NCBI GenBank assembly: GCA_964188305.1
Contig: OZ076888.1
Reading direction: 5' to 3' (one strand)
DNA: 64,000 nt
From: Podarcis bocagei
Taxonomy: Eukaryota
This document shows positions 10,506 to 23,619 of this stretch, piece by piece. Position numbers and translations under genes: made by a program. The notes beneath the pieces are model-generated. The model was not told the DNA's origin. It did not search any database and worked only from the letters and a program-made list of their open reading frames with translations. Each line of letters begins with the position of its first letter. Within the stretch, counting starts at the first letter, position 1.

Positions 10506-11716
10506 CCCACTCTCTCTGCTTTTCTTTCTTCTTCTCTGAAGAGAGGCAGAGTGGTGCTACATCTCATTTAACCCACCCTAGGACACAGAATGGCCCGGGA
10601 GTGGGTCCCACCATGTCCTCATGCATTCCACCAGGATGGATAGCCAAAAGAGGCTCCATAGCTTCCCATGGAGCATTTCATCTGCCTGGATTAATAGTAA
10701 GCATTCCCCTCAATACATAGCTAAAAGTCCAAGGAGAAGGCTAGTCCTCAGCTTCATTCATCACTGCTGTAGTCACGACATGACCATTCTTAGCCCAGGG
10801 GATCCCCAACTGTGGCTCATGGATCATCAGAGGCCCCCAAGATTCATTCAGGTGATCCATGGCATGTTCATATTAAATGCTCACAGCAATTTTTAATTGT
10901 ATTTTTAATTGCTTCTTTTATTTATTGCATTGTAAGTTATTATACTTATTATTCCATAGAATTCAAATATATAAAAAAGAAGCAATAGAAAATACTATAC
11001 AAAACCATGCAGCGTATAGCCCAGCACATTACAATTGTTACAACAAGCAGAAAAATCATTAACTGGTCCGCCAAGACCCTCAGCAATTTCCAAGTGGTCC
11101 ATGGGGAGAAACGTTTGAGCATCACTGGCTTAGCCTACACTTCAGGCTATTCCCTCCAGTCAGCCCAGACCACCAGAATGTTGTTTTGCCATTGACTGAC
11201 AGGTTCGCATCATACAACACAGAGCCTTGGTTTCCCTCATCCTCTCCCATCAAATATCTCCTTTGATTTATATCATTTTAACCCTCACGCGTGAACTTTT
11301 AGGGGGCGGGAAGATAGCAAAATTAAATGGAATGTTATTTAACTGGGGCAAGGATAGGGGTTTGTATAATGGGGGAAATTAAGAGGTGGATAAAGAATCA
11401 GTTAAACAAGAAACAAATATTCCCCCCTCAAAAAAAGAAGAAGAAGAAGCCTTCTCCAGCTGTTCAAAAGGCTTTCCAATAAGGATTACGGGCTTCCTGT
11501 TTGGGTGAGCCAAACTCCCAAACCTTCTGTTAGTTCAAGATACTTCATGACAGGCCAAAGAAAGTTCGTGACGAGGCAGATGATCTGGGATTGAGAATAA
11601 TCATTATTAGATGTGGGCTGCCCATGAGAATACAGCCAGGAAGTTGCAGGGCCAGAGCTGTGAGCAATGTCCCAAACATTTGGCAGGTGAGGACTCACTT
11701 TTTTCCCATCTTGCAG

Positions 11717-11794
11717 TGTCAAAGATCTGCACCCAATGCGAGATGGAGCACAAGGCAGATGGCATCATGGAGCAAATGTGTTCCAGTGACTTTG
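11717..11794 (+). CDS. SFRP5: SFRP5 coding exon 2 (78 nt)
   Basis: ttgcag|TGTCAAAG...GACTTTG|gtgagt; encodes (V)SKICTQCEMEHKADGIMEQMCSSDF; phase 1-1. Confidence 0.95.
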
Positions 11795-12659
11795 GTGAGT
11801 CATCCGTTCAAAGCGGCAGGGATTGGGGAGTCTCCGCTTGGGGCATCTGAGAGTGAAGCTGAAGCTCTGCAGAACAACTGTTGAGAATGTGTTGCAAATT
11901 CTTTACTTGCATTCCCCTATCTTCTACAACTTACTGGGATTCAAGGTTCCCTTTGAACCCCCGTCTTTGCCATCAGACCTCCAACAACTTCCAGCTTGTT
12001 TCTGGCCCAAAGCAAGGTACTGTTTTCGACCTAGAAAGCCTTACAACTCCACTCCATTGCTTAGGACAGAGCTTGTATTATGCTGGCAGAAGGTGGAATG
12101 GGAAAAACCACTGTCCAAAGCTCTGCAGAGTCACTATCTACCACTGTCAATCAGGAGTGGCTATGGCCCATGTTGCTCCAGATATTATTGGACTCCATCA
12201 TCCCTGATGACTGACCAAGGCTGGTGAGAGTTTGAGTCCAACATCGGAAGGGCCACGTGGTTAGTCACCCCTGGTGTGTAGACAATATTGAACTGTTAGT
12301 ATGACTCAGTGTATGGCATCTTCTTATGTTTAGGAGCAGACTGAGTCCAAGGTATCTGAAGAACCACCCTCTGAACCTGCATGCTATGCAAGACCCTTTG
12401 AGTATTTCCACACCTGGAAATTAGGGAAGAGGCCCTTTTAGGTGGAAAGACCCCGGATGTGGATTGCCTCCCCACGTAGATTAGCTTGGCACAAACAATA
12501 TCGTTTAGACGGTAGGCCTATGATTAGAGTGTTGAACTAGGACCCCCCCAGACATCTATTTAATTGTGCAATCTTGATTTGTTCTCATTATGTTATTCGG
12601 GTGGTTATGGTAGATCCCACTTTCAATAGTGTCTCTGCATACGAAGGTTTTAAGGCACC

Positions 12660-12690
12660 TATGGTCAAGGGTCCCTTTACCTTTACCTTT
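12660..12690 (+). mobile_element. Possible Sauria-SINE/BovB-type 3' tail remnant
   Basis: ggtcaagggtccCTTTACCTTTACCTTT; (ACCTTT)n is the Sauria SINE tail; very short. Confidence 0.45.
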
Positions 12691-15290
12691 TTACAGTTTG
12701 TTTGCCAGTCCATGAATGTCCTGTAGCTTCCTGCTGAGTTCCTGTAACTTTCCATGCAGCAAATGTTCAAGTGTTCCTTGGTTGGTTTTGCACTACAGTG
12801 CAAGGTATCCCTGCAGATGGCAATAATGTGGTAACATCAGGGAAGCACTGCAGAACCATTAGTAAAGCGGAACAATGTGTGAGTGGTCCGGTCTAAACCC
12901 ATAATTAATGCACTATTATTGTGCGAATGCCATGCTACAGAAATATATAAATAAAAGTTAAGACCAGCATTCTGGAGACAGGGCTCCAGGTCTGAAGAAT
13001 CCAAGATACAAATCCCCACTTGGCCATAGAACTCACTGGGTGACCTTAGCCTAGTCCAACTAACTTTATAGGGTTATTATGAGGGCAGAAGATTGGCGGG
13101 AGGGAGAGAGACACATACACATGGACCTGTGTTCCTAGTAGGAAACAAGGATAAACATGCAAAATAAGCAAAGAAAGCATGTCAGGCCTGCTTGTCTGTT
13201 TGCTTAAGCTATTAACTAGTTGTAACTATTTCATTAGTATTATTTCTGCTGGTGTTTTTTATATCATCTGTATTTTTTTAATCTATGTTAAATTTGGCTT
13301 AATTAGGCTTAACACCATGCAAAATCTGTTCATTGCCCTGAAGACTGTTTATACTGGAAAATCAACATACACATTTTTAAAACAAATCATCATAAAAATA
13401 AAACGTGATGTGCCTCATTCCAGAAGAAAGGAGGCCGGTCTGCTACTTCAGATGATAATCCCAGAAAAACAGTTAAACGCTGAAAATAGGAGGCAAGGAT
13501 CAGAGAGGTTTGTCAGATCTGTCTCCCAGCAACTCCCCTTTGAGGCATCCATCTCTTTGATGAACTCTTGGCTTCAACAGCGATGTTCCCAGTTGACCAT
13601 GGCAAAGAGGGTTCAGGCTGACACAGTGTGGTTTTTAAAAAAAAAGTTAAAACAAAGCAGTGCAGTATCCACCCAGCAGCTCTTTTTGCTTCAGATTTCA
13701 GCATGACCAGTAAGGCAGTTTATACTGGGGCTAACAAGATAGACACAGGAGAGACCTGTCCAGAAAGTGGTCAGAAATCAACACCTTTACCTTCTTTCCT
13801 TGACACACGTCATACAAGCTGGTTCCAGGGAAGACCACTTTTTCTCCACACACATGACCAGGCAATTTGGATCATCAGCATCTTGGGCATGATGTGTGGG
13901 AGGCCAAGAACCACTTCACATGAGATATTTCCCCTACATATGATCTGGCTCCCAGCCATCTATAGGATCCTCTTCACATAGAAAATCAGTGCATGGATAA
14001 AATCACAGTGATTTTCACCATTATGCAGCAGCTGCAAAGTCCTGCTGTAGTCAACAAAATTGTTCCTTGATGTAACCAACCCTGTACTTCCAAAAAAAAG
14101 CTATTAAGATATACTGCATTTTCCATCTTTTTATGAAGCCGACCTACTTGCTATTGTAAATGCTATTGTAAATAGCACTATATGTATACACACATGTGTT
14201 GAGAATAGAATTTGACCTTATCCTAAACACACAGATTAAAAACAAGGATGGAAAAATAATTAACCTTAAAGCTTAGAAAATATCACCAACCAATTCATAG
14301 CAATCCAAGACATATGGTTAGATTTTTATTTATTTTTAAATGGTATTTAGAACTCCTGCATACGGAGCTTCTGTACAAGAATATGTCACTGCATCTGACC
14401 AAGTTGAGAAGCATTTGGGATTCAAGAGGGTCACAGAACTTCACTAAATAATATTGATTATATTTTATTGATTGCACTGAGTTTCCCCATGTTTTTCTAC
14501 ATGTTGTTGCCATATGACTCTTACTACAATCGTGGATTCAGCCATCTGAAGTTTTTTAATTGCACAGGTTCTGTGCAAGGTTGTACTTCCTAAGCTTTTT
14601 GATTGTTGTAACCTTGTTTTCAAATCATTTATAAGGTCAAATTCTATTATTATCACATGCTTGCATAAATGCGTTTTTTGGCCCTATAGTTATTACGTTG
14701 ACATTATAGAAAGGTGGAAAATACACTACTGTGTATTATTTATTTATAGCTTTTTTAACCTTGATTTTTGTGTTGTTTATTTCTGGCATGCAGTCAGATA
14801 TTTTCTTTCATTTCTGGTTTTTGTAGGAGTAGCCTGGAGTATACTTCACTCCACTCTTGGACTAAGGACAAAAACCTGGACGACTCGCACCTGTTGAGGA
14901 ACCTTCCTCCAATGAACCTGTGATGGGTTTATAGAGAACCAGGGTGCCCAAAGCTTAATAGATGGTGGCTTGTCTTTTTGTCAAATACAAATCTATCATT
15001 TACAAACAAATATACTTAATAGGAAGTTGAAGAGGAATTCCATGACCTCTCATTCAGTCAGAGGAGACAAACCAGATCCTGACAGTCTGTGTGTCCCAAC
15101 TCTATTACCTACTCCTCATCTCCCCTTGGTGACTTTTTTTAACAGGGCCAAATACATAGCTCTCAAACAAGTCAGTCCTCCTAATCCCTGTCCTTATGGA
15201 CTCACACCCCCTCTTCTTGTTCCTTCACTTTGACTTCACCCAACTGCCTGTAAGCTCCTAACACAGTCTGCTTCCCATTTACCCCTACAG

Positions 15291-15634
15291 TGGTGAAGAT
15301 GCGCATCAAGGAGATCAAGAAAGAGAATGGGGAGAGGCGATTGGTGGCTGCGCAGAAGAAGAAAAAGCTGCTCAAAGTGGGGCCGTTGAAGCGCAAGGAC
15401 ACCAAGAAGCTGGTGCTGCACATGAAGAATGCAGGTGCCTGCCCCTGCCCCCAGCTTGATGACCTCAGTGGCAGCTTTCTGGTGATGGGGCGAAAGGTGG
15501 GTGGGCGGTTGCTAGTCTTGGCCATTTACCGCTGGGAGAAGAAGAATAAGGAGATGAAATTTGCTGTCAAATTCATGTTCTCCTACCCTTGTTCCATGCA
15601 CTACCCCTTCTTCTATGGGGCAGACCCCCACTGA
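15291..15634 (+). CDS. SFRP5: SFRP5 coding exon 3 (netrin/NTR domain, stop); joined CDS 945 nt = 314 aa from ATG 3869
   Basis: ctacag|TGGTGAAGATG; VKMRIKEIKKENGERRLVAAQKKKKLLKVGPLKRKDTKKL...KFMFSYPCSMHYPFFYGADPH*; the C-terminus is SFRP5-type. Confidence 0.96.
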
Positions 15635-18600
15635 ATCCCCACTCATTCCAAGAACCCTGCTCACTCTTCTTCACAGCACTCCTCACACTTTTTGGTTCCC
15701 CACTCTTAGCCCACAGAATACCCTTTTTTATATGGGCTGACCTACACAAAGCCACATACTGTTGGGAGCCCATCCCTGCAACAGGACTCTTTCTTCTAAA
15801 GCACAAACTCCATTAGGACCAGCTCCATTAAGTTCCAGGTCAGAGTTCTGCCCATCTTGGAACCTTTGGAGAACATGCAGAAATCCACCTCATTCCCAAC
15901 ACACCTTCACTAGAAGAATAAGTCTTAGCACCTGCAGCAAACATCTCTTATCAATCCCAGTAGACTCAAGCTCCAATAGAGGCTGAATCACACAGAATTT
16001 TAGTTGCAACCTTTAGTGGAACATTTAAGGAAAATCCCAGTCCATTCTTAATTCCTACTAGTGAGAAGCCAAAGATTTTGAAACATTATGAGCAGGGCAA
16101 CCAATGCTTTCCAATCGCAACCTTTCATTTTCATAGTGCATTGAACTACTTAGTTACAGGGATGGGAAACCTGCAGCCCACTAGATATTGTCAGACTCCA
16201 AATCCCACATCCCCAGCTAGCAAACCTAATGGGCAGGGATAATGAGTGCTGTGGTCCAGCAACATCTGGAGAGTCTAACATCCCCATCCCATCCCTGACT
16301 TAGTAGGAGTTGGCCAGGCGCAGTATGAAGCTCTAAACATCTCAGACTGCCAGACACCAGATGCGTTGTACAAGCTACAGTGTCCCAACTAATACTTCAC
16401 TGGACTGACAATCCCCAGTTCTGGCCTCCTCTCCTAGGTTCTGCATAGCATCTTCTCAGGCCATGTAGAACCTTAAGTAGACACCAAGCAAGGCCTCCCT
16501 AGAAGCCTCCCCCGATTTCCAGCTCGCATGACCATTGGCTACTTCTCTGGCTGGGGCTGATGAGAGTTGTTGTCCAGGTTGCAGGAGGCTGCTGGTCTGT
16601 TATATGATTGTGATGCTTGAAGGCGGGTGACACCCCTCAACTAAAAAGTCCAGGTCTTCTGTCATCACATGGTCATTATTGCATCAGCATCTTTTGAGGC
16701 ACAGATCTGTACAGCATCCTTAAACATCGTGGGGCAGATCCACCCCATAGATTTTGAACACATTCAACACATATCTAAAGCACATGACTTCCTTCCCCCC
16801 CCCCAAAAAAAATTAATAATCCTGGTCATGTGCTTTAAATGTGCACCGAATGTGCTTTGAATGTATGGTGGGGATCTGTGTGTGGCAATACCAAGCGAGG
16901 TATGAGGCAGTGACTTGGAACTGTTCCTCATACAAACACTCTGCCTGAGGCCTTCATGGTCCCTTACAGAGTAATAGACATCAAGTAATCTATAGGTTTA
17001 ATTATTCAAGACCATTTGTAATTGGGGATGGGCGGACCACTTTGCTATATGAAGCCGTTTATGTGAAGTTTCACTGAAAAATATGCCCAACACCAATTCC
17101 GTCTCCTTCCCCTCTCCATGTTTACTTGCCTATGGCCAGTAGAAATATCATGACTATACCAAGTAGGTTAGTGCGCCAACCCCAGAGGAGCACATCAGAC
17201 CTGTGGATGCACCAGTGAGGAACCAAACCACCAACTGGGCCTGCCGGGTGGCTGTGTCCACCACACAGGATGCCAGACCACCAACTGAGCCTGCCCGACA
17301 GATGGCAAACACAGGACGAATGTGTCTCCCTGGGGCCCTTCCATCTGGCAGTTTTCCAGACTCCTGAATGGTCAAGACCAGCTGGCAAGTTAATCCTGGA
17401 GCGAATATTTATAGCATCAGCACTGCCAGTTTCACCGCTCCCCACACCAGCTGTGGGGGAGTGGGGGCTGCCCAACACAAAGCAAGCTGTAGGAATTGAG
17501 TCTGGCTCCCACACACAGAGGGGTTTTTCACTGGGGCTCATTCCCAGCCAAAGTTTGCTGAGGAAGAGAGGGTGGTAGCTGAGGAGCTCTTGAAAGAACC
17601 TCTCTTCCACTCAGGGAATCCTCCGCCCTCAGATTTTCCAGATGAGCTGCTTTGCAAATCATACAGCATGTCACACACACAACTTACTATTGAGTTCATG
17701 GTTTTTGGCCACAACTGTGTGTCATGACTCACTTTTCCCTGCACACTACTGAGAGGATGTTGTTGAAGATTCAGCCACCAGTTCGATCGGTTTTTGTACA
17801 CTGAAGTGGTGGTGGTTGGGTGTTGCCATCTTGTCCTTTGCCTCAAACCGCTAAGTGTCTTTGGCTAGCCTTGCCTTTTGTCATGGCAAACTTGCCATCC
17901 TGCTGGAGGGTGCTGAGGGAAAACGACGGGGCTGGTAACTTCTCACACACTGTCCCCTCAAAAATGTGAGCTATTTTGTTCCCCCTAGGACTTCAATCCC
18001 CTTCAGATTGAAAACTGGGATATATTTACGAGCTAGGCCATTCCCCACTGTTCTTACATTTTGATTTATATGGCCTGCACATCACTTGGACACTGACAGA
18101 TTCTCATGGCACCTGACAGCTTCAGAGCCATCATTGCTTGACTTCAGGGGAAGAATGCAAACACCGCTAGCTCCGTAAATACCCTTCTGTGACTTACAAA
18201 AGGAACACTTTCCACTTCTTTGAATCAGATCATAGAGATGGATTAACAGTGCATTTACTTTTGTCCAAGAATTTCGTGCTACATCTAGTTAGCAAATTAG
18301 GTAGAAAATAAAGTGCCCACCTGATCAACACTCACATGGGACTAGTCCTCAAGGCCTTAGCAACCTGAAACATTTACTGACCCAAGTCCACTGAGTAGGA
18401 GCATCCCTAGCTTGGGGTTGCTTTTGTTCATGGAGCAGCCTTTTATTAAAAATACCATACTTGGGGATGCAGTCATCTGCATTCAATTTTCTTCACTGAA
18501 AATGCCATTTTAAGCTATTAAATTTGGTCCTTTTTTAAAAAAAACAAAACAGGTCTTCCATCTTCTATGCTGTCCAATATCCACTCTAATAAATCCCATA

Positions 18601-21600
18601 GAACCTATCCTGATCACCATCTTGCCTGCTTGGTTTTGCCACCATTTTAGCTGAATTTTTCATTGACCCTCGTTTCATCTTGGGGACATGCATGCAGAAC
18701 TTAAGATAGCTCTTGCTCTTGCTGTGTTCTCTATCATTCAGGATTTTTTCATTATTTTTATTAATTCCAAGTCTTTCATTTAAAAAGTGTTCCAGCTTCA
18801 TTTTATGAGGTGCTTTTTTAAAAAAATAAAAAATGAATCTTTCACAAAATGAAGTTGGAGCACTCATGTTGTGGCATCTGCATAACATTTCCAGCTCAGC
18901 CAAGTATTCATAAAATATTTATTTTCTGCTTATGGCAGATCCAAACTCAAAATTAATTCCCATTGATATCATAACTAACTTGCCCCATTGATTTCAGTGG
19001 GAACTAGGTCTGGCCCAGCCTCAGTGTTTTGAGTCATATGATGTATTCATGCTGCATTTATTTCATGTCAAGGTCATCAGGGACACTGAATTCTGGCACC
19101 ATTGTTGTGTTTAGAGTACTGCCATTATCATTCTGGTAACGGCAGGCTTTAATCATGAATGTAGCACTCCATTTTCAGTTCCCCTAATCAACAGATAATC
19201 AATGAGAAAGCTAAGCAAGGTCTTCTGTCTCAAATTTGCTTGCAAAAGCCAACTTATACATTCCGCTCATTTGCCTTTTATCTCAACATTATTATTTATG
19301 GATACTTGTGGATTTTTTAAAAAGGCACTGGGTTTATCAAATTAATGTTAATTTTTTTCAGAAGCATCCTTCATAATTTAATTTGAAACGACACTTCTTT
19401 TTGATGCAGAAATACTAATAAGCTACAGGAAAAAACCTGCAACTTTAGCATCTGATTTCATTGCAGCACTAAACTCCCCTCTTCACTTCCCTCACTGCCA
19501 GGTCCATACAGGCCCTGTTAAGAGTTCCTCCACAGCAGCACAGTGGTTCTTGGGTCTTCCTTACATCTGCGATCACACGGCAATAAATAGAACAAAAGCT
19601 TTTGCATTATCTTAGCAGGAGAGTCTGCAAAGATCTCTCAATATACCGGAAGCTGCATATTGAGCCACAGCCGCTGCACTCTTTATCATATGCTCAGTTC
19701 TGTATGAAAACCACCATCCAGCGAAGCTTAAAATGTCACACTGCGCTAACAATACAGGAAATTTTAAGAAATACTGTTTATTGAGCGAGTATTGGGAGTA
19801 CCATCTCCACAATGTAATATTTTGGACCCGAGTTTGGTTTTTTGTACTGCTTAAAGAACTATTTCAGCTGTTTTTACTGTATGTCTGTGAGCTGCCTTGA
19901 GATACATGTAAGAAGCAACTGCACCAGGTAGGCTAATTGCTCCTGAGGAATCATCCTGCTCATGAGTGTTTACCAACCGGCTGAAGACCCAGTTCACCAA
20001 TTGCAGGAGGGTGGCTTCTCAGTTGTGCAAGAGCAAACGAGCTGCTAGCATCCTGCCATGTGGCGCTTTGTCCTCTTGCACATTTCCAACCTTATGACGG
20101 GGAGGTGGCAGCCACATGCTATGACCAGGCAACATGGAGGACCAGCTCTCCGTGTGGTTGCACTTTGTGACTCTACATGGAGCCGCCGTACCAAAATATA
20201 AAATAAAACAACTCATCCCAATCCGTGTTATACCTGTGTAAAATGCCGCCGAGATCTGGCCTTTGGGAGTAAGCTATAGAATCTCAAGCCTTGCTGTAAG
20301 TACCAGAAGGGAACCGAGGAGGATGCGATTCTAAACACAGGGAACATTGTGTGAACTTTAGCTAACAAGGCAGCCTTGTTCTTTCTTTCTATAATCCTTT
20401 CTCCTCATTCATTGTACCCGTGACAGAACCTGACCTTTTCCCTAAGGTTATTTCCAAGAGCAGCGACTGTGTTCATTTGCCAAGGATGGTTTATTTCATA
20501 CTAGAATTCAAATAAATCATCAGTGACATTTCAGCCCCAGATTCGAGCAAAAGCAAGCTGTGACATGGCACTGAGGAGTCTGCCCATGCTTTTTCCTGCT
20601 AAGATGGTTGAGGGGAAAGCAGAGGCTACACTACAACTCAATATTCAAAACCATCTGCAAGAGAAGGTTGTTTTAACCTCCCTTTACAGATTACCTGAAA
20701 GCACCATAGTTCCCTACAGGTTCTCTGCTTACACATAAAACCAACCAGCAAGCAGTACAGAGCGAAGGATCTGTCAATTTCATTCTCCCCGTTTCTCTTT
20801 TTTCCAATTCTTCGCATTGCAGCAATTTGCAATTTTTTAAAATCCTCATGAAAATTCATCAGCCTTTTAGTGCACACTTCTCCTAATAGATGTGTTGTTG
20901 TATGCAATTTTGACTTACGTACACATTTTTGCAAGCTATTTCCCCTAACATAATGTAATTTTGTATGCTATTTTCACAAATAACTTCATTTTTCACACAC
21001 ATACACACACAAAAAAAATGTGCATTTCTGCAAACATTGCTTGGCTGGAGAACTGCATCACAAAATTTGGCTAAGTGTGAATTTCAAAGGATCGCTGTCT
21101 TTCAGTTCATGAATTGTTTTGGAAAGTGTGGATTTGATACCATTTGGCTTCAGATACATATGGAACTGAACTTCTCTTCCACCCCTAGCAAGTGGGAAGA
21201 AAGTGAGCCAAGGCCCATCACTCACACAGAGGGTGAACATCTGATGTGGGGAGACCGCTGTACTTGAGAAGCCTCCCTGCACAATTTTAAAACTATTTAA
21301 ACTACCAGCCATCACATCTCTTAGTGATGAATTCCAGGAGCTGTATTCTATATCATGTCAAAAAGTACCTTTTGTTTGGCCTGAATCCATTTCCAGTCTG
21401 GTTTTGTATCTTGTGTGTGTTCGTGCCACCCACCCCCAATTAAAAATGCTTCACCCCAAAGAGCTGGAAAATGAGTCGCCATGCAATCCCAGTACACCTC
21501 CCCACTTACTGTGGTCCAGGCTGCAACATCAGTCCATCTTTACACACTGTACGGGAACTAGGTCAACATCCATGCCTCCTCTACAGGTCTCCATCCCTCA

Positions 21601-22684
21601 ATAGACTATAGCCTCCATTTCTCAAAACAGAGTGGTCTGCTCCATTCTCCCTTCTGCCCTGCTGCCCCCAGGTGCCTCGTTTAATTTGCTCCATCTAGCA
21701 CCCCCGGATTTGATTATTTCACCTTGCAGATACACTCCTAAGGCTCCACAGCAAGCTTTATGCATAACTAGGACCCCTGTTCCCATTCCACCTTCATCAC
21801 ATCAAAAGCCATTTCAGACACTAGGAGCACTGGCTCCACTTTCCAAGGACGCTATTTATTCGTCATATATATATTTTTATATATGCATGTGTGCGTGTGG
21901 GTAAGTCTGCTAGAGAGCAGGAAAAACAAAAAAAACCTCTCCTCTCCTGTAGAAAAGATCCACATCACATGGCAATTGCCTCAATCCTCCAGCTGGGCTT
22001 TGTGATGAACTCCCGTTGGCTGTAGCAGCTTCTGCTCCCTCCAACACAGCAAAGCGTCAAAGGGAAGGAGAATGCCAGGTCCAGGTTGGGCCAGACTGAA
22101 GAGCTTTGGCTAAAAGCTATCTAGAAAGAGCAAAGTCAATGGTGGGGAGGGAAGAGATGCCGTCCGTATCTGACACAGGGATAGGAAACAGGTCCACCTT
22201 GGGGCCACACACGTCTGCCTTCTTTACACAGCAGAGCCAACTTACAGATGCCACCCAGAGGAAGACCCAGCTTCCCCTTCCAAACAGGCAGCACCTCGCT
22301 CAGTAGTGAAACACAAGACACAGACACATCTGGCAGTCCAGATACCATGAGCCACCTTGCGAGGTGGGGAAGGCCAGCTTCCTGCTAAGGAAAATGGGGG
22401 CAAAGGACTTTTTTGCTTCAAGGTCGAGGAAGGAGGGAGAGCCTACAGTAGTCTAGTGCACGAGTCTCCTACTATGCAGTTAATCATGAGTGCAGGACCT
22501 CTCGCCAGCTGCTCACAGAGGGAGGGGGCACACGTGGCGGCTGCACCAGCCCCTTTCCTATTAGATGTACAGGGAAGAGTGGAAGGAGTGCACGGTGCTG
22601 TTGCTTCGCTCCCCGCAAGTATCAGCAAATACGGGGTGAGACGCAGAGCGAATTCCGCAGAGGGCAGGGCTCCAGATTAGCTTC

Positions 22685-22749
22685 TCACTTGACGAGCGCT
22701 TGGTTGCACTGCCCGCAGACAAAGACGGTCTCCCGCTGGGCATCAGGGG
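22685..22749 (-). CDS. ZFYVE27: Protrudin last coding exon (stop); joined CDS 1248 nt = 415 aa with the microexon
   Basis: ctgcag|CC CCT GAT...AAG TGA; APDAQRETVFVCGQCNQALVK*. Confidence 0.94.
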
Positions 22750-22963
22750 CTGCAGTAGAAAGCACTGGTCAGAGACTCGGCCAAGGACTGTGCAGCTTTC
22801 CACCCACAGAACCCAACAAGTATTTTATTAGCCCTCAGGCACACACCCCAAGAGAGAGAAAGCCTCTGTCCTCTGCTACCTCCCCACTGTAGCATTAATT
22901 AGAAACAGTAAGAATTACACCCAGCCATTCCCCCGGAAGGGAAACAGCAAGTGCACAAAGAAA

Positions 22964-23230
22964 AAAATTCCTTCCAGTAGCACCTTAAAGACCAACTAAG
23001 TTAGTTCTTGGTATGAGCTTTCGTGTGCATGCACACTTCTTCAGATACACTGAAACAGAAGTTGCCAGATCCTTCTATATAGTGAGAAGGTGGGGAGGGG
23101 TGTTACTCAGAAGGGTGGTGGGAATGGGAGATAGGCAGATAGCTGAGATGAGCCTGTTGACGATTCTTAACGACTCTCGTTAAGACTCTCGTTAAGACTC
23201 TCGTGCTACTGGAAGGAATCTTTTTTATTT
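22964..23230 (-). mobile_element. Short PLE-derived insertion (3'-end fragment with an inverted terminus) in the last ZFYVE27 intron
   Basis: 17-bp inverted repeat ATTCCTTCCAGTAGCAC (22967-22983 / 23203-23219); 12-bp direct repeat TGCACAAAGAAA (22952-22963 / 23231-23242); internal hammerhead. Confidence 0.8.
23011..23048 (-). ncRNA. Minimal type I hammerhead ribozyme
   Basis: Minus strand GTAT-CTGAAGA-A-GTGTG-catg-CACAC-GAAA-GC-TC-ATAC: 4-bp helix I, 5-bp helix II, palindromic AGCT helix III, predicted cleavage after C at 23015. Confidence 0.85.
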
Positions 23231-23306
23231 TGCACAAAGAAAGAGGAGCTAACTCCCAAGCTGCCTGCCAGAAAGGCCATCTCTCGCTCTCCCACTCCTC
23301 ACTCAC

Positions 23307-23388
23307 CTGTAGCCCCCATGTAGCTCTTGGGAACTTTGAAGGAACAGCACCTGGAGCAGAAACTGTTCCCACAGTTGCTGCAGCTCCG
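23307..23388 (-). CDS. ZFYVE27: Protrudin coding exon 11 (82 nt, FYVE)
   Basis: RSCSNCGNSFCSRCCSFKVPKSYMGAT; tccag| and G|gtgagt. Confidence 0.94.
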
Positions 23389-23572
23389 CTGGAGGGAAGG
23401 AAAGAGAGACAAACACAGCTAAAGGAACAAGGTCCCTGGAAGCCATTCCTTCAAATGCAAGGATTCAAGAAGGTCATTCACTGCTGACCAGAGGTCAGGC
23501 TTAAGATCCACAAGGCAGGGGAGCAGGAAATGGGAAAGGAGTAGTTGGGGGCATGCTGGGCCAGAGACTCAC

Positions 23573-23619
23573 CCTCTTCTTTAACACAGAGAAAGTGGCT
23601 GAACAGCTTGCACAGTTCC
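23573..23619 (-). CDS. ZFYVE27: Protrudin coding exon 10 (47 nt, FYVE start)
   Basis: GNCASCSATFSVLKKR; ccgcag| and AGG|gtgagt. Confidence 0.93.

Noticed and set aside
23307-23619. FYVE domain lacking the R(R/K)HHCR motif (KKRRSCSNC)
   Set aside because: A known property of protrudin's atypical FYVE domain, not a lineage-specific loss.
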